DNA from: Prochlorococcus sp. AG-409-D14
GTDB taxonomy: Bacteria; Cyanobacteriota; Cyanobacteriia; PCC-6307; Cyanobiaceae
Direction: 5' to 3'
Length of the DNA: 64,000 nt
Assembly (NCBI GenBank): GCA_003215895.1
Contig: QCJR01000004.1
Coordinates: 9,456 to 73,455 of the forward strand
The notes under the pieces were generated by a model. It ran no database searches and had not been told where the DNA came from. It saw only the letters and a list, made by a program, of their open reading frames with translations. Of the stretch, positions 52,447 through 62,072 are shown piece after piece (positions within the stretch are counted from its first letter, which is position 1; every line of letters begins with the position of its first letter). The position numbers were made by a program, and so were the translations under genes.

Positions 52447-54258
52447 TTAATCATTATTTAATTTCAATACAGCCATAAAAGCCTCTTGGGGAACATCTAC
52501 TTTTCCCATAGATTTCATTCGTTTTTTCCCTTTTGCCTGTTTCTTCAATAATTTCTTTTTTCTAGAGATATCGCCTCCATAACATTTGGACAAAACATCT
52601 TTTCTTAAGGCACTAATACCTTCACTAGCAATAATTCGACTCCCAATTGAAGCCTGTAAAGGAATCTTAAATTGCTGTTTTGGAATAAGTTCTTTTAATT
52701 TTCCAACAAGTCCTTTTCCCACACAATAAGCATTATCTTTATGAACAATTGTCGTTAAAGGATCTGCTCGCTCTGAATTAATTAAAACGTCCAATCTAAC
52801 TAAATCATTTTCTCTATAACCAATCAAGTGATATTCCATAGAAGCATATCCCTTAGTTCTACTTTTCATCTGATCAAAGAAGTCGGTGACAACTTCTGCT
52901 AAAGGTATCTCATAAATAAGAGTGACTCGATCAGTCGTTATGTACTTCATATCAATAAAATCTCCTCTTCTGTCCTGACAAAGTCCCATCAAAGTTCCGT
53001 TGTAATCATTAGGAGCATAAATTTCCATTCGGACGTAAGGTTCTTCTATAGTTTCACGTTTTTGAGGGTCTGGAAGTGTAGCGGGATTATCGATCATCAA
53101 AACTTCTCCATCAGTCATTTTCACTTTATAAATAACTGAGGGTGCAGTAACAATTAAATCCAAATCATATTCGCGTTCTAAACGCTCTTGAACAATTTCC
53201 ATATGCAATAAACCTAAAAATCCACAACGAAAGCCAAATCCCATTGCACTACTTGTTTCAGGTTCATATTTCAATGCAGCATCGGATAGCTGTAATTTAT
53301 CTAGAGCCTCTCTTAAATCTGGATATTGATCTGCATCAGTAGGGAACAACCCACAAAAAACCATTGGCTTAGCTTCGGTATAACCTGGTAAAGCTTCTTC
53401 AGCGGGTCTATCCAGCAAGGTAATCGTATCCCCGACTCTTGCATCAGCGACCGCTTTGATTGATGCAGCTAAATATCCAACTTCACCTGCATGAAGAGAA
53501 TTTACTTTTACTTGATCAGGGGCCATAACACCTATTTCATCTAACTCATAACTTTTTTTACTAGCCATAAGCAAAACCTTGTCTTTCTTACTTATGCCAC
53601 CACTCATGATTCTGAAATAGACAATCACCCCTCTGTAAGGGTCGTAATAAGAATCAAAAATAAGTGCTTTTGTAGCTTGATCAGCATTATCTTTCGGAGA
53701 GGGTATTCTATCTACTACTGCTTGAAGTATTTCTGGGATACCAAGCCCTGTTTTAGCAGAGCAGGAAATGGCCTTAGATGTATCTAGACCAATAATTGAT
53801 TCAATTTCATTTTTAATTTTCTCAGGATCAGCACCAGGTAAATCAACTTTGTTTAGAACAGGAATAATTTCTAAATCATTTTCCAAGGCAAGATAAACAT
53901 TGGCCAAAGTTTGAGCTTCAACTCCTTGACTAGCATCAACAACCAGTAAGGCACCTTCACAAGCCTGCAATGATCTACTCACCTCATAAGAAAAGTCAAC
54001 ATGGCCAGGAGTATCAATCAAATTCAGGACATATTCCTCTCCACCATCCGATTTATAATTCATTCGCGCAGCCTGTAATTTTATAGTTATTCCTCTCTCT
54101 CTCTCAAGGTCCATATTGTCCAGGAATTGTTCTTGCATGTCTCTTGAGGAGACAGTGCCAGTGTCCTGAAGAAGCCTATCTGCCAAGGTTGATTTACCAT
54201 GGTCAATATGAGCAATTATGCAGAAGTTCCTCAGACGAGAAATGGGCACATTAGTCAT
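52447..54258 (-). CDS. lepA: Translation elongation factor 4
   Basis: [56 protein letters not shown]. Confidence 0.98.
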   Translation of the reverse strand: MTNVPISRLRNFCIIAHIDHGKSTLADRLLQDTGTVSSRDMQEQFLDNMDLERERGITIKLQAARMNYKSDGGEEYVLNLIDTPGHVDFSYEVSRSLQACEGALLVVDASQGVEAQTLANVYLALENDLEIIPVLNKVDLPGADPEKIKNEIESIIGLDTSKAISCSAKTGLGIPEILQAVVDRIPSPKDNADQATKALIFDSYYDPYRGVIVYFRIMSGGISKKDKVLLMASKKSYELDEIGVMAPDQVKVNSLHAGEVGYLAASIKAVADARVGDTITLLDRPAEEALPGYTEAKPMVFCGLFPTDADQYPDLREALDKLQLSDAALKYEPETSSAMGFGFRCGFLGLLHMEIVQERLEREYDLDLIVTAPSVIYKVKMTDGEVLMIDNPATLPDPQKRETIEEPYVRMEIYAPNDYNGTLMGLCQDRRGDFIDMKYITTDRVTLIYEIPLAEVVTDFFDQMKSRTKGYASMEYHLIGYRENDLVRLDVLINSERADPLTTIVHKDNAYCVGKGLVGKLKELIPKQQFKIPLQASIGSRIIASEGISALRKDVLSKCYGGDISRKKKLLKKQAKGKKRMKSMGKVDVPQEAFMAVLKLNND

Positions 54259-54342
54259 ACGAAAGAAATTAAAAGTGCAAGATCTTCATTTATCAATTCA
54301 ACTCTAAATAAAGATTAAATATAACTCACCAGTACATAAGTT

Positions 54343-55869
54343 TTAAATTAATTTAAGTAAGAAATCGTTTCTTTTGCGAATTGCCAAAAGTGCTTCTTGA
54401 TTTGAATTGATATCTTTTCCAATACTGGGAAAAAGCTCTAACATTTTATTTTTCCATTTACTTGATTTCATTTTTTCCTGCCAGCACCGGTTTAGAACCT
54501 CAATCATGATTGTTACTGCTGTACTTGCGCCAGGAGAAGCCCCAAGCAAAGCAGCTAAAGATCCATCTGAGGAAGTAACAACTTCTGTCCCCATTTTTAA
54601 AACACCACCTTTAGAGGTTTGTTTAATTATTTGAACACGCTGTCCTGCAATTGAAAGATTCCAATCATTAGGTGAAACCTGAGGAAGAAATCTTTTTAAA
54701 GTTTCTATTCGATCTTCATTTGTTTGTCTTAATTGATTTAATAAGTATTTTCCTAGATCTATATTGTCTAATCCTGCTTGAACCATAGAGAAAAAATTAG
54801 TTGTTTTGATGGATCTAAACAAATCCAATTTTGATCCATATTTTAAAAAATTTGAACTAAATCCTGCAAAAGGGCCAAACAAAAGAGATCTTTTTCCATC
54901 TATCCATCTTGTGTCTAAGTGTGGTACAGACATTGGTGGGGCTCCAACCGCTGCATTTCCATAAACCTTTGCATGGTGTGTTTTAGTTAATTTCTCCTCA
55001 TCACAAATCAACCATTTGCCGCTGACAGGAAATCCTGCATATGACAATCCTTCTGGAATTCCCGATTTTTGCAAAAGGGATAAAGCTCCTCCTCCTGCCC
55101 CAAGGAAAACAAACTTTGATCTAACAATTCTATTTTTTTTTGGTCCTTCTAAAGATAAATACCAATCTCCTTCACTATCTTGTTGAAGATTTTCGACATT
55201 AGTAGAGTAGTTAATCTCAATAGATCTTGCTCCTTCAATTTGATTGATATATGAGCGAGTTAAATTACCAAAATCAATATCTGTTCCTCTTTTAATTCTT
55301 GTCGCAGCAATCTTTTCACTCTTTTGCCGACCATCCATAATCAATGGAATCCAATCTTTTAATTCATCATGATCCTTGGTGAATTCCATTTGAGCAAAAG
55401 CGGCATGAGAGCCAAGTTCAGAAAACCTTTTTTTAAGCAAAGAAATATCTTTATCTCCAAAAACTAAGCTGATATGTGGCAATTTATTTAAAAAAGTTTC
55501 TGGTATCAATTTCCCTTTTTCTACCAATGATGCCCAAAATTCTAAGCTTTGCTCAAAGGATTTATTTATTTCAAAAGCTTTGGTAGTACAAATGGATCCA
55601 TCGTCTTGGATTGGGGTGTAATTAAGCTCACAGTTGGCGGCATGTCCTGTTCCAGCATTATTCTTAGCGCAGCTACTTTCTAAACCAGCAGAGGATAATC
55701 TTTCAATAACCAGCAATCGTAAATCAGGCTCAAGCTCATGCAGAAGTACTGCAAGAGTTGAGCTCATGATTCCTGCACCTACCAATATTGCGTCATAAGT
55801 ATTTTCTGAATCTAAGGAACTTTTAGTAAACAAAATCTTTATCAAGATTACATATAGACTATCCTGCAA
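54343..55869 (-). CDS. mqo: Malate:quinone oxidoreductase
   Basis: VGAGIMS, NNAGTGH...CELNYTP, APPMSVPHLDTR, AGQRVQIIK, LLGASPGAST; start uncertain. Confidence 0.94.
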   Translation of the reverse strand: MQDSLYVILIKILFTKSSLDSENTYDAILVGAGIMSSTLAVLLHELEPDLRLLVIERLSSAGLESSCAKNNAGTGHAANCELNYTPIQDDGSICTTKAFEINKSFEQSLEFWASLVEKGKLIPETFLNKLPHISLVFGDKDISLLKKRFSELGSHAAFAQMEFTKDHDELKDWIPLIMDGRQKSEKIAATRIKRGTDIDFGNLTRSYINQIEGARSIEINYSTNVENLQQDSEGDWYLSLEGPKKNRIVRSKFVFLGAGGGALSLLQKSGIPEGLSYAGFPVSGKWLICDEEKLTKTHHAKVYGNAAVGAPPMSVPHLDTRWIDGKRSLLFGPFAGFSSNFLKYGSKLDLFRSIKTTNFFSMVQAGLDNIDLGKYLLNQLRQTNEDRIETLKRFLPQVSPNDWNLSIAGQRVQIIKQTSKGGVLKMGTEVVTSSDGSLAALLGASPGASTAVTIMIEVLNRCWQEKMKSSKWKNKMLELFPSIGKDINSNQEALLAIRKRNDFLLKLI

Positions 55870-55907
55870 TTAACTAAGCTAAGCAAAATTAAATTAAGTA
55901 AGCCGAA

Positions 55908-56153
55908 ATGAGCGACGAAACTCTTGCACTGACCACAGAAAACGTTGAAAAGGTTCTTGATGAATTAAGACCATTTCTCATGGCTGATGGGGGGAATGTA
56001 GAGATAGCTGAAATAGATGGACCAATCGTCAAAGTTAGACTTCAAGGGGCATGCGGAAGTTGCCCAAGCAGCACAATGACACTAAAAATGGGTATTGAAA
56101 GAAAACTAAGGGAAATGATCCCAGAAGTTAGCGAGGTGATACAAGTTTTATAA
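55908..56153 (+). CDS. NifU/NfuA-type Fe-S scaffold
   Basis: [25 protein letters not shown]. Confidence 0.93.
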   Translation: MSDETLALTTENVEKVLDELRPFLMADGGNVEIAEIDGPIVKVRLQGACGSCPSSTMTLKMGIERKLREMIPEVSEVIQVL

Positions 56154-56179
56154 ATTGACTTCCTAATTAACCTTATTTT

Positions 56180-56440
56180 TCAATTTAGAGAACTTAATTC
56201 CCTTTTAATTGCCGACTTATAATCAAGGCAATCTAAAGGAAGTCCATTATAAATAAGATAACCAATTGGAGCTATTAAACCAACTGTAAAAATAAGATTA
56301 GAGACTGCTAATCCTAGGTTACTTAGCAAAAAAGTTATTCCATATATCCCTAAAAGATAAAAATGCAGAACCAAAAACTCCTTAGTATTTTGAACAGGCC
56401 ATCTAAAGATAGAACCTAAGAAAAACAAAACACCTTTCAT
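56180..56440 (-). CDS. Small hypothetical membrane protein
   Basis: 86-aa ORF with two hydrophobic segments; GAG-type RBS upstream of the ATG. Confidence 0.65.
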   Translation of the reverse strand: MKGVLFFLGSIFRWPVQNTKEFLVLHFYLLGIYGITFLLSNLGLAVSNLIFTVGLIAPIGYLIYNGLPLDCLDYKSAIKRELSSLN

Positions 56441-56529
56441 TACTCTTAATTATAGTTGAATAATCATACATAATATTTAATCATTTTCATTGATAAATAT
56501 GTATCTAAAGATGAAAAATGATGTATCAA

Positions 56530-56664
56530 TTAATTTTTCAATTTTGATTTATTTAGAGAATATTCTTTTTTAAGTTTTCTCATTCTTCTTGCCCATATCA
56601 GTGTCGCAATCACAACCCACAAAAAGAAGCCACCCAAGGCAAGAAGGCTAGCGGTGTAATTCAT
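56530..56664 (-). CDS. Putative 44-aa single-pass membrane protein (missed by the ORF track)
   Basis: Translated by hand: MNYTASLLALGGFFLWVVIATLIWARRMRKLKKEYSLNKSKLKN; starts 12 nt after the permease stop; GC higher than flanks over the TM part. Confidence 0.55.
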   Translation of the reverse strand: MNYTASLLALGGFFLWVVIATLIWARRMRKLKKEYSLNKSKLKN

Positions 56665-56676
56665 AAAACAAGACTT

Positions 56677-57345
56677 TTAAAAAATTAGAATCGAAGTCTT
56701 TTGAAGCCAAAATATACCTGTCACTATTGATAATCCTCCAATTGATCTCATCAAAAAAGGATAAAACATTTTATTTGCTTTACTAGTTGCAAAAGATATA
56801 CCTAAAACAACGCATCCCATTGCAAAGACTGACCCAAGTAAATATGCAATTAGATAAGCCAACGCTCCTAGCAAAGGCAATGCCAATGCAGGAATAACTG
56901 CAACCAAATGGCTAGCTCCAGCGAAACCGTGCAAAACTCCTAATCCCGTCGCAGCATGTGTATGACTTTTATGAAGTTTATTTCCAGGTGAATGGAAATG
57001 AAAATGTTTATGAGGCATTTCTTCTCCATGCATATGCTGATGCATGTGAATATTTACTTTTAAGGAAGTCTTAATAGCCAGTCCCCCCACGATCAAAAGG
57101 CTTACACCAACAAAAAACTCTGCATAAGAAGACATTAATTCAATATTGATTATGTCCTTTGCCAAAATCGCTAATATTGAGAGGATTAAAACCCCTGCTG
57201 AGTGTCCAATCCCCCATGCCAAACCATCGATTAAAGCTACTCGAGGTCTTTTTATAGATGAAGGAGCCATTGCAATCATGTGATCAGCTCCACTAACTAC
57301 ATGCACTGCACCAGCTGCAAATCCAGTTAATATACTGATTAACAT
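56677..57345 (-). CDS. Ni/Co permease, UreH/SodT (NiCoT-related) type
   Basis: TM1 H-x5-DH motif (HVVSGADH), W.IGHS, His-rich loop HMHQHMH...HKHFHFH...HKSHTH, GVLHG.AG. Confidence 0.8.
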   Translation of the reverse strand: MLISILTGFAAGAVHVVSGADHMIAMAPSSIKRPRVALIDGLAWGIGHSAGVLILSILAILAKDIINIELMSSYAEFFVGVSLLIVGGLAIKTSLKVNIHMHQHMHGEEMPHKHFHFHSPGNKLHKSHTHAATGLGVLHGFAGASHLVAVIPALALPLLGALAYLIAYLLGSVFAMGCVVLGISFATSKANKMFYPFLMRSIGGLSIVTGIFWLQKTSILIF

Positions 57346-57475
57346 GAGGATTGATAAGATGAATTTTCTTTCATGAAATAAATATTCTCTTCATCCAAAA
57401 AAATCAATTCTTAACTTTAGTTGTTTAATATTACATCCCAGTAGTTTATATACCCTAGTGACAAAGTTTTAATTT

Positions 57476-57712
57476 TTACGAAATTTGATCCTTTTGAAGT
57501 TTTCCAGACATTTCATAGGCCTCTGAACTTCCACCATGTCCATGAGCAATACCTAACTCATGCATTTTTGCGTGTTCGTCAATAGTGTCTCTGAGCTCTT
57601 TCGAGCCTGAGCCAAATGTTGAGTAAATACCATAAGCTACTGAGCCGGCTAGTAAAACAACTATTCCCCCTATCAGCATCAATAAAGTTGGATCAGTAGT
57701 TGTGGTTTCCAT
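57476..57712 (-). CDS. PsbN-like protein with His-rich C-terminal extension
   Basis: TM helix then YGIYSTFGSGSKELRDTIDEH, resembling the PsbN motif Y.IY..FGP.SK.L.DPF.EH; tail HAKMHELGIAHGH; start ATG 57712. Confidence 0.7.
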   Translation of the reverse strand: METTTTDPTLLMLIGGIVVLLAGSVAYGIYSTFGSGSKELRDTIDEHAKMHELGIAHGHGGSSEAYEMSGKLQKDQIS

Positions 57713-57961
57713 TCGTATCAATGATTTCTTATGATTGTACTGTATGAATCCATGCATCGAGAGCTACAAATGGAAACTAATTAAATTGGCCTAATATAAT
57801 CTTTGATTTCATTAATAAAAAGTCAAAAAAATATTTATAGAGAAATGATTTTAAATAATAATATAGTTTAGAAAATAATTGATAATAATTAATAGATAAT
57901 TATTTAATTTCTATATATAAAATCAATTTATCATGCAATCAAAGTACTAACGTGTATATTT

Positions 57962-58060
57962 TCAAAGAGTAGAATTGTATGCTAAAAGCCCGAAGAAACC
58001 CAATATCAAAAGGATGCTAGCAATCCTGCTAAAAGTTATAGGGCCAAAATCAATTTTCAC
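57962..58060 (-). CDS. Putative 32-aa membrane micro-protein
   Basis: GTG start; MKIDFGPITFSRIASILLILGFFGLLAYNSTL; locally GC-richer than the flanking spacer. Confidence 0.4.
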   Translation of the reverse strand: MKIDFGPITFSRIASILLILGFFGLLAYNSTL

Positions 58061-58191
58061 ATTAAAACGTAATTAGAGATTACATTTTAATGTACAAACC
58101 ACAAAAAGTGAACCAGTTAAAATAAAACGCAATTCAAAAATCCAACAGAAATGTCATTTTCACTAATTTACCCTATGGAAGCAAAAGCAAA

Positions 58192-58329
58192 TCACTCTTC
58201 ACTCTTCTGGTTGTTAACTTTCAAATGATGCTCATAAGCATCAATCTCTTTCTCACTTTTTTTTATTTGCCCATCGAACATAACAACCCATTCTTGAGCT
58301 TTAATTTTTTGGTCTTTTTTGATACTCAT
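58192..58329 (-). CDS. Putative 45-aa soluble micro-protein
   Basis: Translated by hand: MSIKKDQKIKAQEWVVMFDGQIKKSEKEIDAYEHHLKVNNQKSEE. Confidence 0.45.
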   Translation of the reverse strand: MSIKKDQKIKAQEWVVMFDGQIKKSEKEIDAYEHHLKVNNQKSEE

Positions 58330-58508
58330 AAACCAATTAAAAATTAAAATCCATCATACTTTAATACAACGTTTTTGATTTAAAGTCTCAACACAAAATA
58401 TTTAAAAAATGGTAGGCGTTAAGGTTGACATAAATAGAAAACATCATCAAATTGGTAAGTTAGGGGGAAAAAGATATTCTTAATTACAACCACAAAAAGT
58501 TAGAAGAT

Positions 58509-59702
58509 ATGTCACCAATGTTATTCAAAGACAATATGCCCGCTCTACAAAATAAAGCCTATTTTAATTATGGAGGTCAAGGTCCGCTCCCAAGTCAATC
58601 ATTAAATGCAATAACTTCGAGCTGGCAAACAATTCAAAGCTTAGGTCCATTTACAAATAATGTTTGGCCTTACATTAGCAAAGAAGTCATAACTACAAAA
58701 AATCTTATAGCGGAGATTTGCGCTATTCATCCCAAGAGAATTGCCTTTACTGAAAATGTCACCTCCGGATGTATTTTACCTTTACTAGGACTACCATTTC
58801 TTGAAGGTGATAATTTACTACTTAGCGATTGTGAGCATCCTGGGATAGTCGCAGCCTGCAAAGAACTAGCTCGGAAAAAGAATCTAACAATCGCAATACT
58901 ACCCGTATCAAAAATATGCAATGGTAACGACAAGAAAAGTGAGACGTATAAAACAGTACTTAAATTGATAGATGAACACATACAAAAAAATACAAAGCTC
59001 GTCGTCCTCTCACATCTCCTTTGGAATACAGGACAAATCATGCCAATCGAACTGATCTCCAAAATGCTTAAAGAGCATTCAAGCAAACCTTATTTATTAG
59101 TTGATGCTGCTCAAAGTTTTTGTCATATCCCAATCAAAGATGCTTGTGAGAATGCTGACATCTATGCGTTTACAGGACATAAATGGGCTTACGGGCCTGA
59201 GGGACTCGGAGCTGTTGCTCTTTCAACAAGAGTTTTAGAAGAATCAAGCCCAACATTAATTGGTTGGAAAAGCTTAAAAGCTGAAGAAGGAATCTATATC
59301 AACAATAAAACTCCTTTTCATTCTGATGGAAGACGTTTTGAGATAGCGACTTCTTGTATCCCACTTTTAGCTGGTCTCAGGACCTCTCTAAACATGCTAA
59401 AAAATGAAGGTAGTGAAACTGAGCGATTAAATAAGATTAAATCTCTCAGCGAAGTCCTGTGGGAGGAACTAAACCAAATCAAAAATATTGAACTTGTTTT
59501 AAATAGTCCTCCACCTTCAGGGATTATAAGTTTTACTATTAATGGAAACAATTCTCCTGAGGACGTTGTCAAGCATCTTGGTCAAGAGAATATATGGATA
59601 AGAGTTCTCGAAGATCCCAAATGGCTTCGAGCTTGCGTGCATATCACTACAGATTTAAACGAAGTCGATAATCTTGTGATTGGTCTAAAAAATTTCATTT
59701 GA
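58509..59702 (+). CDS. Class V PLP aminotransferase (cysteine/cystine C-S lyase, C-DES-like)
   Basis: YFNYGGQGP, EHPG, SHLLWNTG, VDAAQS, FTGHKW..GPEG.G, RACVH. Confidence 0.88.
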   Translation: MSPMLFKDNMPALQNKAYFNYGGQGPLPSQSLNAITSSWQTIQSLGPFTNNVWPYISKEVITTKNLIAEICAIHPKRIAFTENVTSGCILPLLGLPFLEGDNLLLSDCEHPGIVAACKELARKKNLTIAILPVSKICNGNDKKSETYKTVLKLIDEHIQKNTKLVVLSHLLWNTGQIMPIELISKMLKEHSSKPYLLVDAAQSFCHIPIKDACENADIYAFTGHKWAYGPEGLGAVALSTRVLEESSPTLIGWKSLKAEEGIYINNKTPFHSDGRRFEIATSCIPLLAGLRTSLNMLKNEGSETERLNKIKSLSEVLWEELNQIKNIELVLNSPPPSGIISFTINGNNSPEDVVKHLGQENIWIRVLEDPKWLRACVHITTDLNEVDNLVIGLKNFI

Positions 59703-59711
59703 CTAAAGAGT

Positions 59712-61268
59712 CTATTTAAAAGTCTTTTTTATTGATAGTGCTTTTCTCGCTTGTTCACGATCGTCAAAATGAATTGTCTGATCTTTTAGAATTTGATAAT
59801 CCTCATGACCTTTGCCTGCGATTAAAACAACATCATTTTTCTTGGCTTTTTCTATGGCCAATTGTATTGCTGTTGATCTCTCTTGCTCAAAAGCAATTTC
59901 AGAATGAGAAGTTATACCTTTTTCAATATCTTTAATAATTTCGCTTGGATCTTCTTGCCGAGGATTATCAGATGTCACAACTACATAGTCTGCTAATTTA
60001 GCAGCGACTTCTCCCATCTTAGATCTTTTTCCTTTATCTCTATTACCACCACACCCAAAGACACAAATTAATTTTTTTTTCGTCAATGATCTCGATGCGA
60101 TTAAAGCATTTTGCAAACCATCCGGTGTATGCGCATAATCTACTATTACTAGTGGATAGCCATCTTTAACTTTAAATCCATCCATATTTATCATTTGCAT
60201 TCTCCCTGGCACTCCAGGAAACTTATTTAACGCGGCCAAAAGATCTTTTAAAGGAAATCCTCTTTGGGCTAGAATACCTACTGCTTGCAAGATATTCATC
60301 AAATTAAAGTCACCTATTAGTGGTGAAAAAAAGTTTTCTGACCCAAAGGGAGTATGCAATTTCCCCTTATACCCATCTTGCATAATTCGAAGATTACTAA
60401 TATATAAATCTGGTTTCTCTCTAGTTTGAGAGTTATCTTTTAATGAACATGTCCAACATTTTTGGTTTAACTCTTTTGCTAATAATCTACCCCATTTATC
60501 ATCTATATTGACTACTGATCTAGGACGATCATCTTCTATTAAATGAGATCGGAACAAACTAGCTTTAGCCTCAAAATAAGATTCCATTGAATCGTGATAA
60601 TCTAAATGGTCTCTTGAAAGGTTTGTAAATATTGCTCCACTAAAATCACAACCAGCAACTCTATTCTGAGATAAAGCATGTGAACTTACTTCCATTGCTG
60701 CATATTCAACTCCTGCGTGAACAGCTTTACTAAGTTGTTCCTGTAAAGGGACAGCAAAAGTAGTCGTATATCTTGAAGCTTCCTCATGGTTAGGCCATCG
60801 ATTGATTAATGTTCCAAACAAGGCGGATGGATATCCAAGCGAAGAAGTCAAAAATTCAATTAAAAAAGATATAGTCGTTTTACCATTGGTTCCTGTGACA
60901 CCTATCAAACAAATCTCACTAGATGGTTTTCCCCAAAAATCTGCAGCCAATTTGCCCAAAAATAATGATACGGGATCCGGGATAATAATCACGGGGTCTT
61001 CCTTAGTTGGTGGCTTTAAAAGAGAGGCATTTTTACTAATCATGGCCGCACAAGCACCTTTATCAATAGCTTTTGCCCAATAGGTGCCTCCATCAACTTT
61101 TTCACCATCTAAACCTATGAACAAATCCCCTTTTTCGATTTCTCTGGAATCACATGAAAGATTTTTGATCTCTGGATTTACTAACCCTGGAGGAACTACA
61201 ACGTTAATTGCTTTCAATAAACTGTGTAGATAACGCGACAAAACAAACCTCTGATGATAAAAAATCAA
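59712..61268 (-). CDS. murE: UDP-N-acetylmuramoyl-L-alanyl-D-glutamate--2,6-diaminopimelate ligase
   Basis: GVTGTNGKTT, MEVSSH, FTNL.RDHLDYH, VDYAHTPDG, SDNPR, AGKGHE.YQ. Confidence 0.96.
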   Translation of the reverse strand: MIFYHQRFVLSRYLHSLLKAINVVVPPGLVNPEIKNLSCDSREIEKGDLFIGLDGEKVDGGTYWAKAIDKGACAAMISKNASLLKPPTKEDPVIIIPDPVSLFLGKLAADFWGKPSSEICLIGVTGTNGKTTISFLIEFLTSSLGYPSALFGTLINRWPNHEEASRYTTTFAVPLQEQLSKAVHAGVEYAAMEVSSHALSQNRVAGCDFSGAIFTNLSRDHLDYHDSMESYFEAKASLFRSHLIEDDRPRSVVNIDDKWGRLLAKELNQKCWTCSLKDNSQTREKPDLYISNLRIMQDGYKGKLHTPFGSENFFSPLIGDFNLMNILQAVGILAQRGFPLKDLLAALNKFPGVPGRMQMINMDGFKVKDGYPLVIVDYAHTPDGLQNALIASRSLTKKKLICVFGCGGNRDKGKRSKMGEVAAKLADYVVVTSDNPRQEDPSEIIKDIEKGITSHSEIAFEQERSTAIQLAIEKAKKNDVVLIAGKGHEDYQILKDQTIHFDDREQARKALSIKKTFK

Positions 61269-61432
61269 TGAAGGATCATTTCAAGTATAAAAAGACCTGA
61301 ATATTTTTCACCACAAAATTACTCTACTTACGATTCAGTAATTAAAAAAATTTTAGAAATTAAAAAAATTAAATTATATTTTTCTCATTGAGATCAGAAA
61401 GCAATTAAATAAAAAAAGGACTGATTATTTAA

Positions 61433-61744
61433 TTAAGATATTTTGTACAAAATATTCAAATTCTTTTGTATCCAATAAAAAAGCATATCTTCCTTTATAC
61501 GTGGAGGAACCCTAGGTAATTCAATCTTCTTTAACAAGAGATTTGAGTCAAGAACTATTACAGGAACTTCGTTTGTATACTTCATTTGAATATCTAAAGA
61601 AACTTTTTTGCTATCTATGTCGACAATAGAAAGTACAATAGAAGGTTTTAATTTTTTCAAACATATCTGAGACAATTTTCCTTCAAGTGCTTGACACAAG
61701 CAGCAGCCTTTACGTGAATATAAAATCAATACCTCTGAATTCAT
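61433..61744 (-). CDS. Glutaredoxin-like protein (DUF836)
   Basis: [10 protein letters not shown] (CxxC), DID, Y..EVPV. Confidence 0.8.
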   Translation of the reverse strand: MNSEVLILYSRKGCCLCQALEGKLSQICLKKLKPSIVLSIVDIDSKKVSLDIQMKYTNEVPVIVLDSNLLLKKIELPRVPPRIKEDMLFYWIQKNLNILYKIS

Positions 61745-61980
61745 TTTTCGGGAACGGGGTCACACCCACAAGGAGTAAAAGGATGACATTTGCTTAACCT
61801 TTTCACAGTCAGCCACCCACCTCTCCAAGGTCCATGCTTATTAACGGCTTCTATCCCATAAGCACTGCAACTAGGGATAAATCGGCAACTCGGTCCAAAC
61901 AATGGTGAAATCCACTTCTGATAGAAAGAAATCAAACCAACCAAAACAAGTGCTATCGATTTATTGATCTTTGTAAGCAT
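61741..61980 (-). CDS. yidD: Membrane protein insertion efficiency factor
   Basis: YQ..ISP..GPSCRF.PSCS.Y..EA...HG...G, R..KCHP....G.DPVP. Confidence 0.93.
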   Translation of the reverse strand: MLTKINKSIALVLVGLISFYQKWISPLFGPSCRFIPSCSAYGIEAVNKHGPWRGGWLTVKRLSKCHPFTPCGCDPVPEK

Positions 61981-62072
61981 CTTTAGATAGAATAAAAAAC
62001 CTGTGGATAAGGGGCCAATGGATTTATGTCCAGAATACTCTTACCACTAAACATTTTCCAACTCAAACCCCC

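Noticed and set aside
57346-57475. Cobalamin or NiCo riboswitch upstream of the Ni/Co permease
   Set aside because: The spacer is short and AT-rich and lacks B12-box or other GC-rich conserved stems
58069-58094. GTA-N9-TAC and the TACATT-TT-AATGTA palindrome in the islet
   Set aside because: Spacing is 9 rather than 8 for NtcA; short AT-rich palindromes are expected by chance
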